Shown: one piece after another, positions 52,737 to 62,857 of the stretch
Layout of the letters: each line of letters opens with the position of its first letter
Numbering within the stretch: the stretch's first letter is position 1
Assembly (NCBI GenBank): GCA_964195975.1
Contig: CAXMQZ010000025.1
Coordinates: 8,123 to 72,122 of the forward strand
Direction: 5' to 3'
DNA from: an uncultured Polyangiaceae bacterium
GTDB taxonomy: Bacteria > Acidobacteriota > Thermoanaerobaculia > Multivoradales > JAHEKO01
Length of the DNA stretch: 64,000 nucleotides
Notes under the pieces: generated by a model
Database searches by the model: none
What the model was told of the DNA's origin: nothing
Seen by the model: the letters and a program-made list of their open reading frames with translations, nothing else
Position numbers and translations under genes: made by a program

Positions 52737-54761
52737 ATGAAGAGCTCTGCACGGGGTCTGCCGGTCAAACAGCTTCGCATTGGTTTGCTGATGGCTTTGT
52801 TCGCCTTCCTGGCAGCGGTCTTGGTGCTCTATGTCCTTGGCCAGATGGGGCGTCCCGATGAGACCCAGACTGTGGACGAGCTCGACGGCGATGCCGAGGG
52901 CGCACTGGTCTTGTCTGGGAGAGGCTTCGACTACGGAGTGACCCAGGAGGGCCGCGAGGTATTTCGCGTGAGAGCGGGTCGAGTTCTTTCCGATCGAGAC
53001 GACAACTACGAGCTGGAAGACGTCAAGCTGACCATCACCAGGGAAGAGGGTGACACCTTCCATCTCAAGAGCGACCGAGCCTTCTACAACGTGGAGAAAC
53101 AAGAAGCTACCTTTGAAGGGAATGTTCGTTTTTCCGGTCCCCAGGGTGTCGAGTTGACCACCGAAGGACTCGAGCTGAGAGACGGCGGTGATCTCTTGGT
53201 GAGCTCGTCTCCGGTCGAGTTTCGATTCTTGGAAAGGTACTCTGGGAGTTCCAACCGTATGCGGATCAGCCCGCAGCGAAATCTCTTTGTCCTCGCCGGC
53301 AAGGTCAAGGTCGATACGCTTCGCGGCGATGCCGAGCCGATGTCGATGCGGTGCAAAAGATTTGCTTTCGACCGCGACACAAAGATCCTTCGTGCCGAAG
53401 GCGCCGTCAAGCTGACCCGGGGTCAAGACACCTTGAGGGCGCGTCGACTGGCTGTACATCTGACCGATGATGAGAGTCGGGTCAAGTACATCTCGGCGAG
53501 GTGGGGTGTTGCAGGCAGAGTGATCCAAGCCTCGAGTGATGGTCAGGTGAGTATCGCCAAGTTTTCAGGCCGCGAGCTTGCGATCGACTTCGAAGAGGGT
53601 AGCGAAGATCCGGAGAGGGCCGAACTTCTGTCGAGTGCCGATTCTAGAGCGCGCCTATCGATCACAGATCAAACAGGCCTGACGCGACGAATCGACTCGG
53701 CCACATTGACCGGGGAGTTTACCCGGGGAGCTCTCAAAACCGTGCGGGCGGTCGACAACGTGGAGATCGTAGAAAACATTTCATATGCACCCGACATCGT
53801 ATTGAGAACCGTCTGCGCCGACACTCTAGTAGCTCGGGTATCGGACTCGGGCGAGCTCCACGACATTGTTGTCGATGGGATGGTGCAGCTGTATCAGGGT
53901 GATGTTCAGGGATTTGGTGATCATGCAGAGGCGAATCTGAGTAGTGGCGCGATGGAAATCGTCGGGAGACCGGCTTGGTTTTTCAGAGGAAACGACGAGC
54001 TACGAGCGCCCAGGATCGTCTACGATCAAAACGAAGATCGAATCACTGCAGAAGAGGACGTCCAAGCGGTGGTCTCGAGAGGCTCAGGATTCGAGACCCG
54101 TGGTGGGCCTGATGCCTCGGATCAGGGTGACGAACCGATTCGAATCGCTGCTCGGGAAGCTGTCTGGACACGCTATCCCTCGATAGTGACCTTTCGTGGT
54201 GAAGTCAGGGCCTGGCAGGGGGAGAATTTCATGCAGGCAGACGAGATGGTCGGCGAGGAGGAGACCTCTCGCCTGAAGGCTTCTGGTCGCGTAAAGACCG
54301 TAGTTCGTCCCGGCAAAAAGGAGCCAGCCGAGCAGGAGGAAGATCCCGAAAAGGATGAGATCCCGCGATCTCCTCTCGAAGTCACTGCTGAAGAGATGGT
54401 CTACGACCGGATCGACAAGACGATCGTCTATTCGGGAAACGCTCGCGCAGTTCAGGCAAAGCGAACCATTAGGTGCACCGAAATCCATCTCACACTCGCC
54501 GAGGAGGGAGGGTTCGAAGAGATGGCGTGTGAGGGCTCTACTCGAGTTGAGGATGCGGAGAACGGAAATACTGTGACCGGAGAGCGAGCTGTCTACTACC
54601 CCGACACTCGGATGATCGAGATTTTTGGTAGCCCGGTCGTACTGCGGGATGCGAACGGTACCACGCTTCAGGGCCGCATCCTGATCTATGATGTGGAGAC
54701 CGGGCGCGCTCGGATGAAGACTGAAATACCCAGGTCTACCTCGGCAGACAACTCTCAATGA
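52737..54761 (+). CDS. lptC: LPS export periplasmic protein, long LptC-LptA (multi beta-jellyroll) fusion
   Basis: Single N-terminal TM anchor, repeated OstA/LptA-like strands (F.GNV, G.V....G...L.A, G...VY); ATGA overlap with lptB. Confidence 0.8.
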   Translation: MKSSARGLPVKQLRIGLLMALFAFLAAVLVLYVLGQMGRPDETQTVDELDGDAEGALVLSGRGFDYGVTQEGREVFRVRAGRVLSDRDDNYELEDVKLTITREEGDTFHLKSDRAFYNVEKQEATFEGNVRFSGPQGVELTTEGLELRDGGDLLVSSSPVEFRFLERYSGSSNRMRISPQRNLFVLAGKVKVDTLRGDAEPMSMRCKRFAFDRDTKILRAEGAVKLTRGQDTLRARRLAVHLTDDESRVKYISARWGVAGRVIQASSDGQVSIAKFSGRELAIDFEEGSEDPERAELLSSADSRARLSITDQTGLTRRIDSATLTGEFTRGALKTVRAVDNVEIVENISYAPDIVLRTVCADTLVARVSDSGELHDIVVDGMVQLYQGDVQGFGDHAEANLSSGAMEIVGRPAWFFRGNDELRAPRIVYDQNEDRITAEEDVQAVVSRGSGFETRGGPDASDQGDEPIRIAAREAVWTRYPSIVTFRGEVRAWQGENFMQADEMVGEEETSRLKASGRVKTVVRPGKKEPAEQEEDPEKDEIPRSPLEVTAEEMVYDRIDKTIVYSGNARAVQAKRTIRCTEIHLTLAEEGGFEEMACEGSTRVEDAENGNTVTGERAVYYPDTRMIEIFGSPVVLRDANGTTLQGRILIYDVETGRARMKTEIPRSTSADNSQ

Positions 54762-55489
54762 CTCCCGCTAAGATTCTCGCCACCCGAGATCTAGTAAAGG
54801 TCTACCGAGGTCGGGCTGTGGTCAACCATCTCTCTATCGACGTCAAGCCGGGTGAGATCGTCGGTCTTCTCGGGCCGAATGGCGCCGGTAAAACCACCAC
54901 GTTCTACATGGTGGTGGGTTTGACTCAACCCGATTCCGGGAAGGTCTATTTTGGCCAAGACGACATCACGGAGTTGCCGATGTATTTGAGGGCCAGGCGT
55001 GGGATCAGTTACCTGCCCCAGGAACCGTCGATCTTTCGAAAAATGAGTGTCGAGGGGAATTTGGAGGCGATCTTCGAGACCTTGGAGCTTCCACATGCGG
55101 TTCAAGAAGAACGCGTCAACCAACTGATCAGCCAGTTTGGTTTGGAGAAGGTTCGAAAGACTCCTGGCTATGCTCTTTCTGGGGGCGAGAGAAGGCGTGT
55201 GGAAATTGCCCGTGCGCTCGTTTTGGATCCGGCGTATATTTTGCTGGATGAGCCATTTGCTGGCATCGATCCAATTGCGGTGATCGATATTCAGCGAATT
55301 GTTGCGCACCTCAAAAGTATGGGAATTGGTGTGTTGATAACCGATCACAACGTCCGTGAAACATTGAAAATCACCGATCGCGCTTATATCATCAACGATG
55401 GTGAGCTGCTCCGTTCCGGAACTCCCGCAGAGTTGTCTACGGATTCGCAAGTCCGAAAAATTTACTTAGGAGAAGAGTTTTCACTTTAG
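54758..55489 (+). CDS. lptB: LPS export ABC transporter ATP-binding protein
   Basis: [58 protein letters not shown]. Confidence 0.97.
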   Translation: MTPAKILATRDLVKVYRGRAVVNHLSIDVKPGEIVGLLGPNGAGKTTTFYMVVGLTQPDSGKVYFGQDDITELPMYLRARRGISYLPQEPSIFRKMSVEGNLEAIFETLELPHAVQEERVNQLISQFGLEKVRKTPGYALSGGERRRVEIARALVLDPAYILLDEPFAGIDPIAVIDIQRIVAHLKSMGIGVLITDHNVRETLKITDRAYIINDGELLRSGTPAELSTDSQVRKIYLGEEFSL

Positions 55490-55527
55490 CGCGGAACATG
55501 AATGATCCGCGATAGTTGGAAATTGCG

Positions 55528-56994
55528 ATGGCGCTCGAACAAAAACTGTCGTTAAGGCTGAGTCAACGGCTGGTAATGACGCCTTCGCTCCAGCAGGCGA
55601 TCAAGCTGCTGCAGATGACTCGAATGGAGTTGCAGACTGTAGTTTCAGAAGAACTGGTCGAGAATCCGGTGCTCGAAGAAGGGGACGAAACTTTCGAGAA
55701 GGACAGTGACGGCAGTCAGGACGATCAGAAGAGTGAGGAGGCGAGCACCGACAGCGATGAGCTCGATCATCAAGAGTCGATGAGCGATATCGATCTCGAG
55801 GCTTACTTCAATGACTACCTCGAGGGATCGACCGGACCGTCCGTCTTTGAAGCACGCGTGGCGCCACCACTCGAGAACACTCTGACTCGTACGCCGGATC
55901 TGTACGATCATCTGCTTTGGCAGTTACATCTCAGCGAGGTAGCGCCCAGCCAGCGAGAGATCGCAGAGTTGATCATCGGCAATCTCGATCCCGAGGGGTT
56001 TCTGGTTGCCGATCTTGGAGAGATCTGCCAAATGGGCCGTCAAGAGGGTGCCGGAGAGCCCTATTCCGACGAGGAGGTCGAGGATGCCCTGGCGCTCGTG
56101 CAAAGCCTGGATCCACCTGGGATCGCGTGCGTCGATCTGAGAGAAAGTTTGCTTCATCAACTCGACGCGCAGGGTGAGCCGGAGGATTCGCTTTCACGAA
56201 AGGTGATCCACGAGGCATGGGATCTGTTTCTCAAACGGCAGTTTCAGCTGATTGCCAAGAACTTTGGTGTCAAGCTTGCCGACCTCGAACCGGTCGTAGA
56301 AATAATCAAGGCGCTCGAGCTCAAGCCTGGGCGCAAGTTCAGTAGCGAGCGTACTCACTATGTAGAGCCCGATGTCTATATAACCAAAGTCAGCGACAAA
56401 TATGTCATCGTTCTCAATGATGACGGGATGCCTCGCCTGCGCATCAGCAAAGCGTATCGAACGATGCTTCGAAACATGACCGCAAGTCGGCAGCAGGGCG
56501 ATGCGCGTCAATTCATCAAGGAGAAGCTGCGGTCGGCGCTCTGGCTGATCAAGAGTCTCGATCAACGTCAGCGTACGATTTACAAGGTTTCCGATTCAAT
56601 TGTTCGTCAGCAGCAGGCGTTCTTCGAGCGGGGCATCGAGTATCTGCGACCCATGGTGCTTCGAGACGTTGCAGACGATATCGGAATGCATGAATCGACC
56701 GTAAGTCGAGTGGTCTCGAACAAGTACATGCACACTCCACGCGGTCTCTATCCAATGAAGTTTTTCTTCCACAGCGGAATTGACCGCGAATATGGATCGG
56801 ACATTTCTTCACTCACGGTGAAAGGGAAGATTGAGCAGTTGATACGAGAGGAGGATGCCAAGCGCCCTCTTTCCGACAGCGAGTTAACCCGGGTTCTTCA
56901 ACGTGAAGGCATCAACATCGCCCGCAGGACCGTGGCAAAATACCGTGATGAGTTGAGGATCCCTTCATCCACCAATCGAAAGCAGATCTTCTGA
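55528..56994 (+). CDS. rpoN: RNA polymerase sigma-54 factor
   Basis: TP.LQQAIKLLQ, ENP.LE, HESTVSR, RpoN box ARRTVAKYR. Confidence 0.97.
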   Translation: MALEQKLSLRLSQRLVMTPSLQQAIKLLQMTRMELQTVVSEELVENPVLEEGDETFEKDSDGSQDDQKSEEASTDSDELDHQESMSDIDLEAYFNDYLEGSTGPSVFEARVAPPLENTLTRTPDLYDHLLWQLHLSEVAPSQREIAELIIGNLDPEGFLVADLGEICQMGRQEGAGEPYSDEEVEDALALVQSLDPPGIACVDLRESLLHQLDAQGEPEDSLSRKVIHEAWDLFLKRQFQLIAKNFGVKLADLEPVVEIIKALELKPGRKFSSERTHYVEPDVYITKVSDKYVIVLNDDGMPRLRISKAYRTMLRNMTASRQQGDARQFIKEKLRSALWLIKSLDQRQRTIYKVSDSIVRQQQAFFERGIEYLRPMVLRDVADDIGMHESTVSRVVSNKYMHTPRGLYPMKFFFHSGIDREYGSDISSLTVKGKIEQLIREEDAKRPLSDSELTRVLQREGINIARRTVAKYRDELRIPSSTNRKQIF

Positions 56995-57047
56995 TTGAAC
57001 CAAAACCAGTCTCGTTTGACACGATGGATTGAATAGCGAGGAGGCAA

Positions 57048-57590
57048 ATGAATATCGACTTCTTGGCACGAAATCTGGAGCTTGACGATACAATCCGCGA
57101 CTACACCAATGACAAGCTGGAGAAGGTCTCAAAATTCCTCGACGATCCAGTCGAGGTTCATGTGACCCTGGAGCAGGAGAAGCATCGATCGATTGCCGAG
57201 GTGCGCATATCGCACAGATTCGGATTGATCCAGGCTAAGGAAGAGACCGACGAACTGCTCGACTCCATCAATCTGGCAGTCGATAAAGCTGAAAAGCAAG
57301 CCCGCCGGTCTCGAAAGAAGTTCATCGACAAACGTCGCAGGGCCGATCGTGATGACGGTCACCAATGGCCCGTCGAGGTTCTCGAACCGTCATCGATAGG
57401 CAAGGGTCAGTCACCCCGAATCATCAAGTCGAGTGTTATCAGCATCAAGCCCATGAGCCTGGACGAGGCTGCTCTGCATTTGGAAGGCTCGAGAAACGAT
57501 TTCATAGTCTTTCGGGATGTGGGCAGCGATGAGGTAAACGTCTTGTACAGGCGACGAGACAAAAACTACGGACTCATCTCTGCGGAGTAA
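57048..57590 (+). CDS. hpf: Ribosome hibernation promoting factor (long HPF)
   Basis: HPF N-terminal domain and C-terminal KPMS.DEA...F.VF......VLYRR.D..YGLI; GAGGAGG SD. Confidence 0.93.
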   Translation: MNIDFLARNLELDDTIRDYTNDKLEKVSKFLDDPVEVHVTLEQEKHRSIAEVRISHRFGLIQAKEETDELLDSINLAVDKAEKQARRSRKKFIDKRRRADRDDGHQWPVEVLEPSSIGKGQSPRIIKSSVISIKPMSLDEAALHLEGSRNDFIVFRDVGSDEVNVLYRRRDKNYGLISAE

Positions 57591-57601
57591 CCAGCGACTC
57601 T

Positions 57602-58057
57602 ATGCATCTAGGCGCCTTGATCTCGCCCGAGCTGATCTTTCCCGATGTGCCAGGTTCGGATCGACCGACCGCACTTCGTGCCATGGCGGAGCGCCTGTCA
57701 GCCACCGCCATCATGGTGAGCTGCGACGATCTGTACCGCCGACTCTGGGAGCGGGAAGAGCTCGGCACGACCGCGATCGGAAAAGAGGTGGCCGTGCCCC
57801 ATTGCAAAGTGGAGGGGCTGGATGAGGTGGTTGTTGCCATCGGCCTCTCCCAGGCTGGCATCGATTTCGAGAGCGAAGATGGTCTTCTTGTTCGACTCAT
57901 GTTTGTGGTGGTTTCACCTGCCGAAGCCCCGGCAGATCATCTGCGATCCTTGGCGGCGATTTCCAAATGGGTCAAGACCACCAGCGATGTAGATCGCATT
58001 TTGTCGATGTCGGTCCCTGAAGAGATCGTTCAACTCATCGAACACGAGGAAGTCTGA
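57602..58057 (+). CDS. ptsN: PTS EIIA(Ntr/Fru-type) component
   Basis: RE.LG.TAIG..VAVPH phospho-His motif, IDF...DG, HLR.LA.IS. Confidence 0.9.
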   Translation: MHLGALISPELIFPDVPGSDRPTALRAMAERLSATAIMVSCDDLYRRLWEREELGTTAIGKEVAVPHCKVEGLDEVVVAIGLSQAGIDFESEDGLLVRLMFVVVSPAEAPADHLRSLAAISKWVKTTSDVDRILSMSVPEEIVQLIEHEEV

Positions 58058-59029
58058 GTGATTGATGAGGGAGCCCAGGTCGCTGTCCGGGAGCTATTGG
58101 GTCCGGATTTGGCTGAGCTCGATCTCTCGGTGATCAGTGGTGAGTCCTTTCTTGACAATTTGATCACCCATCCTCGAGTTCAGAAACCTGGTTTGGCATT
58201 CGCAGGCTACTACGCGTACATAAAATCGGGTCGGGTCCAAATCGTTGGCGAGAGTGAGATGGCCTATCTGGGTACTCTCGACCTTGAAACACGCCTGGAA
58301 CGCTTCGAGCGCATAACCGCTCTGGACTTGCCTGTTTTTGTCGTTAGCAAGGGATTGGAGCCTTTCGAGGAGCTCGTGTCCCTTTCTGAGCAGAACGGAG
58401 TGCCGATTGTCCGATCACCGGCGCTTTCGTCGATCGTCATCAAGGCGATTAGCTACTACCTCGAAGAGCATCTCGTTCCGTCGACGACCAAACACGGCGT
58501 CTTGGTCGATATCTATGGGATGGGTGTACTGCTGATCGGAGGTAGTGGTGTAGGTAAGAGCGAGTGTGCGCTCGATCTGATTACCCGAGGCCACAGTCTT
58601 GTGGCTGACGATCGAGTTACCATCAAACGCTACCCACACGGAGATTTGATCGGATACTGTGAAGAGCCTCTCCGTCATCATATGGAATTGCGAGGTCTGG
58701 GGATCATCAATGTGCAGGACCTTTTTGGCCTTGCGGCGGTGCGGGAGCGTCGCTCTATCGATCTGGTAATCGAGCTCGAACAATGGGACGAATCGAAAGC
58801 CTACGATCGGCTTGGTCTCGATGAGACTGTATACAAGATTCTGGAAATACCTTGTCCCTACATCAGGATGCCGGTGGCCCTGGGTCGCAATGTGTCCGGT
58901 TTGGTGGAAATCGCGGCTCGAAATCATCTGCTGAAACTTCGGGGCCACCATTCAGCACGCGAGTTTGCAAAACTACTTGAACAGAAACTCGAACTAGGGA
59001 GACAGCCGAGAAGCAGTGATACCTCTTGA
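58058..59029 (+). CDS. hprK: HPr kinase/phosphorylase
   Basis: HGVLVD.YG.GVL..G.SG.GKSE.AL.LI.RGH.LVADD, ELRGLGII, YDRLG. Confidence 0.95.
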   Translation: MIDEGAQVAVRELLGPDLAELDLSVISGESFLDNLITHPRVQKPGLAFAGYYAYIKSGRVQIVGESEMAYLGTLDLETRLERFERITALDLPVFVVSKGLEPFEELVSLSEQNGVPIVRSPALSSIVIKAISYYLEEHLVPSTTKHGVLVDIYGMGVLLIGGSGVGKSECALDLITRGHSLVADDRVTIKRYPHGDLIGYCEEPLRHHMELRGLGIINVQDLFGLAAVRERRSIDLVIELEQWDESKAYDRLGLDETVYKILEIPCPYIRMPVALGRNVSGLVEIAARNHLLKLRGHHSAREFAKLLEQKLELGRQPRSSDTS

Positions 59030-59055
59030 GCTTTGGTGATTGGCGAAAGCGAGCA

Positions 59056-59928
59056 ATGTCAGGGGATGGGAATCAGCTGGTGGTTGTTACCGGTCTTTCA
59101 GGGTCCGGGAAAAGTACAGTTGCAAAGTGCTTCGAGGATCTCGGGTTCTACTGCGTCGATAATTTGCCACTGCCATTGCTGCGCCAATTCCTGAGTCAGC
59201 CCTTGGAGCTTACTGAGGGACACGATCGCATCGCGGTGGTAACGGATGCCCGGGCGCCTGGATTTGCCGAAGAGTTTCCTCGACTCATGAGCGAGGTTGG
59301 GCAGGGGAACGCTCGCTCGACATTGTTGTTCTTGGAAGCAGATGAGGGGACACTGGTGCGCCGATTCTCCGAAACCCGCCGCTCGCATCCGCTTGCAGGT
59401 GGAGGGCATGTTCTCGAAGGTATTCGAAAGGAGCGTGAGTTGCTGGCGGAGATCCGAGGAGCGGCTGACATGGTTCTGGACACGTCGAATTGGACGATTC
59501 ATGACACCCGAAGCCGGATCTTTCGTGAGTTCGCCGACACAGCCGAGGAGCAAGTTCGACCGATCGTCTCGCTGGTCAGTTTTGGGTTCAAACATGGCGT
59601 TCCGGGCGGTACAGACTTGCTGTTCGACGTGCGTTTTTTGGCGAACCCCTATTTCGAGGATGGGTTGCGTGAGCTTTCAGGGAGGGATGCCGCAGTGCGG
59701 CAATTTCTGCAAAACCAAGACGAATATGAAGAAGTGGTTCGGCGTCTGAGCGATTTCTTGGAGTTTGTCTTGCCGAAATACCGACGAGAAAACAGGTCCT
59801 ATTTGTCCATCGCGATTGGGTGCACAGGCGGAAGACATCGGTCCGTATGTATCGCTGAAGAGCTCGCACAGCGCCTTGGGGAGGCCGGTTGGAGCGGACG
59901 GGTCTTTCACCGAGACATTGAGCGATGA
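59056..59928 (+). CDS. rapZ: RNase adapter / P-loop protein RapZ (YvcJ)
   Basis: TGLSGSGKS, EDLGFYCVDNLP, RRFSETRR.HPL, SFGFKHG, DVRFL.NP, GCTGG.HRSV. Confidence 0.95.
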   Translation: MSGDGNQLVVVTGLSGSGKSTVAKCFEDLGFYCVDNLPLPLLRQFLSQPLELTEGHDRIAVVTDARAPGFAEEFPRLMSEVGQGNARSTLLFLEADEGTLVRRFSETRRSHPLAGGGHVLEGIRKERELLAEIRGAADMVLDTSNWTIHDTRSRIFREFADTAEEQVRPIVSLVSFGFKHGVPGGTDLLFDVRFLANPYFEDGLRELSGRDAAVRQFLQNQDEYEEVVRRLSDFLEFVLPKYRRENRSYLSIAIGCTGGRHRSVCIAEELAQRLGEAGWSGRVFHRDIER

Positions 59929-59974
59929 TCGACTTGGGAGTGAGTTTGAACAACGACGAGGAGATTGGGGGTCA

Positions 59975-60412
59975 ATGGTGAAGACTTTGATCCTGACTCA
60001 TGGTGGGTTGGCGCGAGAGCTGTTGGATGCGGCACGGACGATCGTGGGGGAGCTGCCGACCGAGTTCAGGGCCGTAACCCTTGACTGGGATGACTCCTTC
60101 GAAGTTGCCTTGGAGAAGACCCAGCGGGCTCTCGAACGGTTCAACTCGTCCAGCGGAACGCTGATACTGACAGACATGTATGGAGGCACGCCTTACAACG
60201 TAGCCTCGAGTCTTCGAGACCCCGGTAATGTCGAAGTCGTGACGGGTGTTAATTTGCCGATGGTGGTTCGGTTGGGCTGCCCGGGAGCGTCAGAGATGAG
60301 CCTGGAGGGTTTGGCGGTTTGGATCCAGACCAAGGCGCGGCGAAGCATTCGGAGAGCGGGTGAGGGTAACGGTTCCGGCTCCCAAAAGGACTCGGTATCG
60401 GAAGATGATTGA
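59975..60412 (+). CDS. PTS EIIA mannose/fructose-type component
   Basis: ILTHG.LA, ILTDMYGGTP.N, VTGVNLPM. Confidence 0.9.
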   Translation: MVKTLILTHGGLARELLDAARTIVGELPTEFRAVTLDWDDSFEVALEKTQRALERFNSSSGTLILTDMYGGTPYNVASSLRDPGNVEVVTGVNLPMVVRLGCPGASEMSLEGLAVWIQTKARRSIRRAGEGNGSGSQKDSVSEDD

Positions 60413-60674
60413 AAGAGACGTTGAAATCGTAAACAGGTTGGGGCTACACGCTCGGGCTGCGGCGAAGTTGGTGCACCTCGCGTCCAAATATCGCAGCAAC
60501 ATCTCACTTGCGATGAATGGAGAAGTGATAGACGCAAAGAGCATCTTGGGAATCCTTCTATTGGCGGCAGCGCAAGGGTCGAGAGTCCTAGTCCGCTGCG
60601 AGGGTGACGACGAAAAGGATGCGATGGCCGCTGTGACAGGTTTGATAGCCAACCGATTCGAAGAGGAAAGCTAG
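60405..60674 (+). CDS. ptsH: HPr family phosphocarrier protein
   Basis: GLHARAA (His15) and DAKSILG (Ser46). Confidence 0.95.
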   Translation: MIERDVEIVNRLGLHARAAAKLVHLASKYRSNISLAMNGEVIDAKSILGILLLAAAQGSRVLVRCEGDDEKDAMAAVTGLIANRFEEES

Positions 60675-62443
60675 TGTCGGATAGCCAGCAACCGCAAGTG
60701 CTCGACGGGCTGGGTGTTTCTCCCGGGGTCGCGATAGGTCGCGCCGTTTGTATCGAGAACGAGGCTCTAGAGGTCTATCGATTTCCTCTCCCAGCCGACT
60801 CCGTAGAACCCGAGATCGACCGATTGCGAGAGGCCACGCAGCGGGCCCGAAGTGAGATTTTGGCGACTCGCGCCAGGGCCGAGGAAGAGCTTGGCAGCGA
60901 GCTCGCAGCAATATTCGATGCTCAAGCTCTGTTGCTATCCGACACCGCGCTCCTATCGAGAGTCGAGACTCGAGTCCGCAATGAGCGAGTCAACGCGGAA
61001 TGGGCCGTTCACAAGGAAGCTGATGAGCTGACCAGGCAGTTTGAAGAGCTCGACGATGAGCATTTTAGTACCCGGAGTGATGATCTCCGCGATGTCGTCC
61101 GCCATCTTCTGCGAGCCCTGCAGGGTGTCGCCCACCACGATCTGGCCGAAATGGGCGAACAGGTCATCATCGTTGCACACGACTTGACGCCCTCAGAAGC
61201 GGTAAGACTGGTCCGCCAGCACGTCGTTGCTTTTGCCCTCGAAACAGGTGGGCAAACCTCACACACGGCGATCATCGCTCGCGATCTCAATATACCGCTC
61301 GCCTCCGGGCTCACCGGCGTGACGCGCCTCGTCACCGATGACGATCCGGTTATCGTCGATGGTTCGGCGGGACGAGTCATTCTGCATCCGTCATCCGCCC
61401 AGTTGGATGAATACTCTCTACGACGCACGGCCATCGACAAGCGCGAGAGTGAGATGTTGGCGATGCAACTTTTGCCCGCGGTCACTCGGGATGGCATTGC
61501 TATCGACTTGATGGCCAACATCGACCTGAACGAGGAGATCGTCGATGCCAAGCGCTTCGGGGCAGCTGGTGTGGGTCTTTACCGAAGTGAGTTCTTGTAC
61601 ATTGAGAGATCCCCGAATCTGCCGTCCGAAGAGGATCATTTCAAGACCTATCGACATCTCGTCGATGAGATGGCACCTCATCCCGTAGTGATCAGGACCT
61701 ACGATCTGGGTGGCCGAAAGCTCGCCAGAGATGTGATGGATACGGAAGAAGAGAATCCTGTTCTCGGTTTGCGTGGTATTCGCTTGACCTTGGCGCGACC
61801 CCAGATCTTTCGCACCCAGCTCAGAGCTCTGTATCGTGCTGCGGTCGATAGAGATCTCTGGATCTTGCTTCCAATGATCTCGAATTTGGACGAGGTGCGC
61901 CAGTTCAAAGCCTTTGCGGCGAAGATCCAGGCGGAGATGCTTCGAGATGGGGCCGAATTCAACCCTGACTGCAAGCTCGGTGTCATGATCGAGGTTCCCT
62001 CGGCTGCTATGATCGCCGACCTACTCGCGACTGAGGTTGATTTTCTATCCATCGGTACCAACGATCTGATTCAGTACAGCCTGGCGGTCGACCGGAATAA
62101 CGAGCATGTCAGCTATCTCTACCGACCGCTTCATCCGGCCATCTTGAGAATGCTCAAATTTGTCTTGCAGAGTGCCCGCACCGCCGGGATCGATGTTTCT
62201 ATGTGCGGCGAGATGGCTAGCGATCCTCTCTACTCGCCAGTGCTGTTGGGAATGGGTCTGAGAAGTCTATCGGTCACCTCCAGGGCGATTCCCGAACTCA
62301 AGTCTCAGATTCGGCAGCTGTCGATGAGCGAGCTTGAAAGCGTTGCCGATGAGTGTCTTTCGCTGTCCACGGCCGCTCAGGTGGAGGCGTACCTAGAGGA
62401 GTTTCTCGAAGATAAATCAGTGACGGAGCAGAGTGCTCGGTAG
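60674..62443 (+). CDS. ptsI: PEP-protein phosphotransferase (Enzyme I), no GAF domain
   Basis: GG.TSHTAI, GVGLYRSEF, IRT.D.GG, ENP.LG.RGIR, M.EVP, SIGTNDL.QY, CGEMA. Confidence 0.96.
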   Translation: MSDSQQPQVLDGLGVSPGVAIGRAVCIENEALEVYRFPLPADSVEPEIDRLREATQRARSEILATRARAEEELGSELAAIFDAQALLLSDTALLSRVETRVRNERVNAEWAVHKEADELTRQFEELDDEHFSTRSDDLRDVVRHLLRALQGVAHHDLAEMGEQVIIVAHDLTPSEAVRLVRQHVVAFALETGGQTSHTAIIARDLNIPLASGLTGVTRLVTDDDPVIVDGSAGRVILHPSSAQLDEYSLRRTAIDKRESEMLAMQLLPAVTRDGIAIDLMANIDLNEEIVDAKRFGAAGVGLYRSEFLYIERSPNLPSEEDHFKTYRHLVDEMAPHPVVIRTYDLGGRKLARDVMDTEEENPVLGLRGIRLTLARPQIFRTQLRALYRAAVDRDLWILLPMISNLDEVRQFKAFAAKIQAEMLRDGAEFNPDCKLGVMIEVPSAAMIADLLATEVDFLSIGTNDLIQYSLAVDRNNEHVSYLYRPLHPAILRMLKFVLQSARTAGIDVSMCGEMASDPLYSPVLLGMGLRSLSVTSRAIPELKSQIRQLSMSELESVADECLSLSTAAQVEAYLEEFLEDKSVTEQSAR

Positions 62444-62503
62444 GGTAGAAGCTACACCTTCGGATCGATCAAAGCGACGCACTCGTAATGTGGGAGACCA
62501 GAC

Positions 62504-62857
62504 ATGTTTTCTGAGGTTCGCAAGGTAGACAAGCCCTGGGGATATGAGCTTATCTTCGCCCATACGGAACAGTACGCAGGAAAAATTCTTCACGTCGATG
62601 CCGGCGAGGCTCTTTCGTTGCAGTACCACGAAGAAAAAGATGAGACGCTCTACTTGCTCTACGGTGAGTACGAGCTTACTCTGGAGGTCGAAGGAGAGCT
62701 CGTGACAAGGACCGTAAACGAAGGAGAGGCATTTCGAGTCCAACCCGAGACAAGGCACCGAATGGTTGCAGGTCCCACTGGCTGCGACATCATTGAGGTG
62801 TCGACACCCGAGCTCGAGGATGTTGTGAGGCTAGAAGATCGATATGGTCGCTCGTAG
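62504..62857 (+). CDS. Cupin domain protein (mannose-6-phosphate isomerase type II C-terminal-like)
   Basis: KPWGYE, LSLQYH..K.ET, HR, EVSTPEL.DVVRLED.YGR. Confidence 0.88.
   Translation: MFSEVRKVDKPWGYELIFAHTEQYAGKILHVDAGEALSLQYHEEKDETLYLLYGEYELTLEVEGELVTRTVNEGEAFRVQPETRHRMVAGPTGCDIIEVSTPELEDVVRLEDRYGRS

Noticed and set aside
52728-55450. Long antisense ORFs (for example 52728-53528, 54084-54758, 54791-55450; similarly 7355-8104)
   Set aside because: They are shadows of well-supported genes on the opposite strand, expected at this GC content, and carry no motifs.
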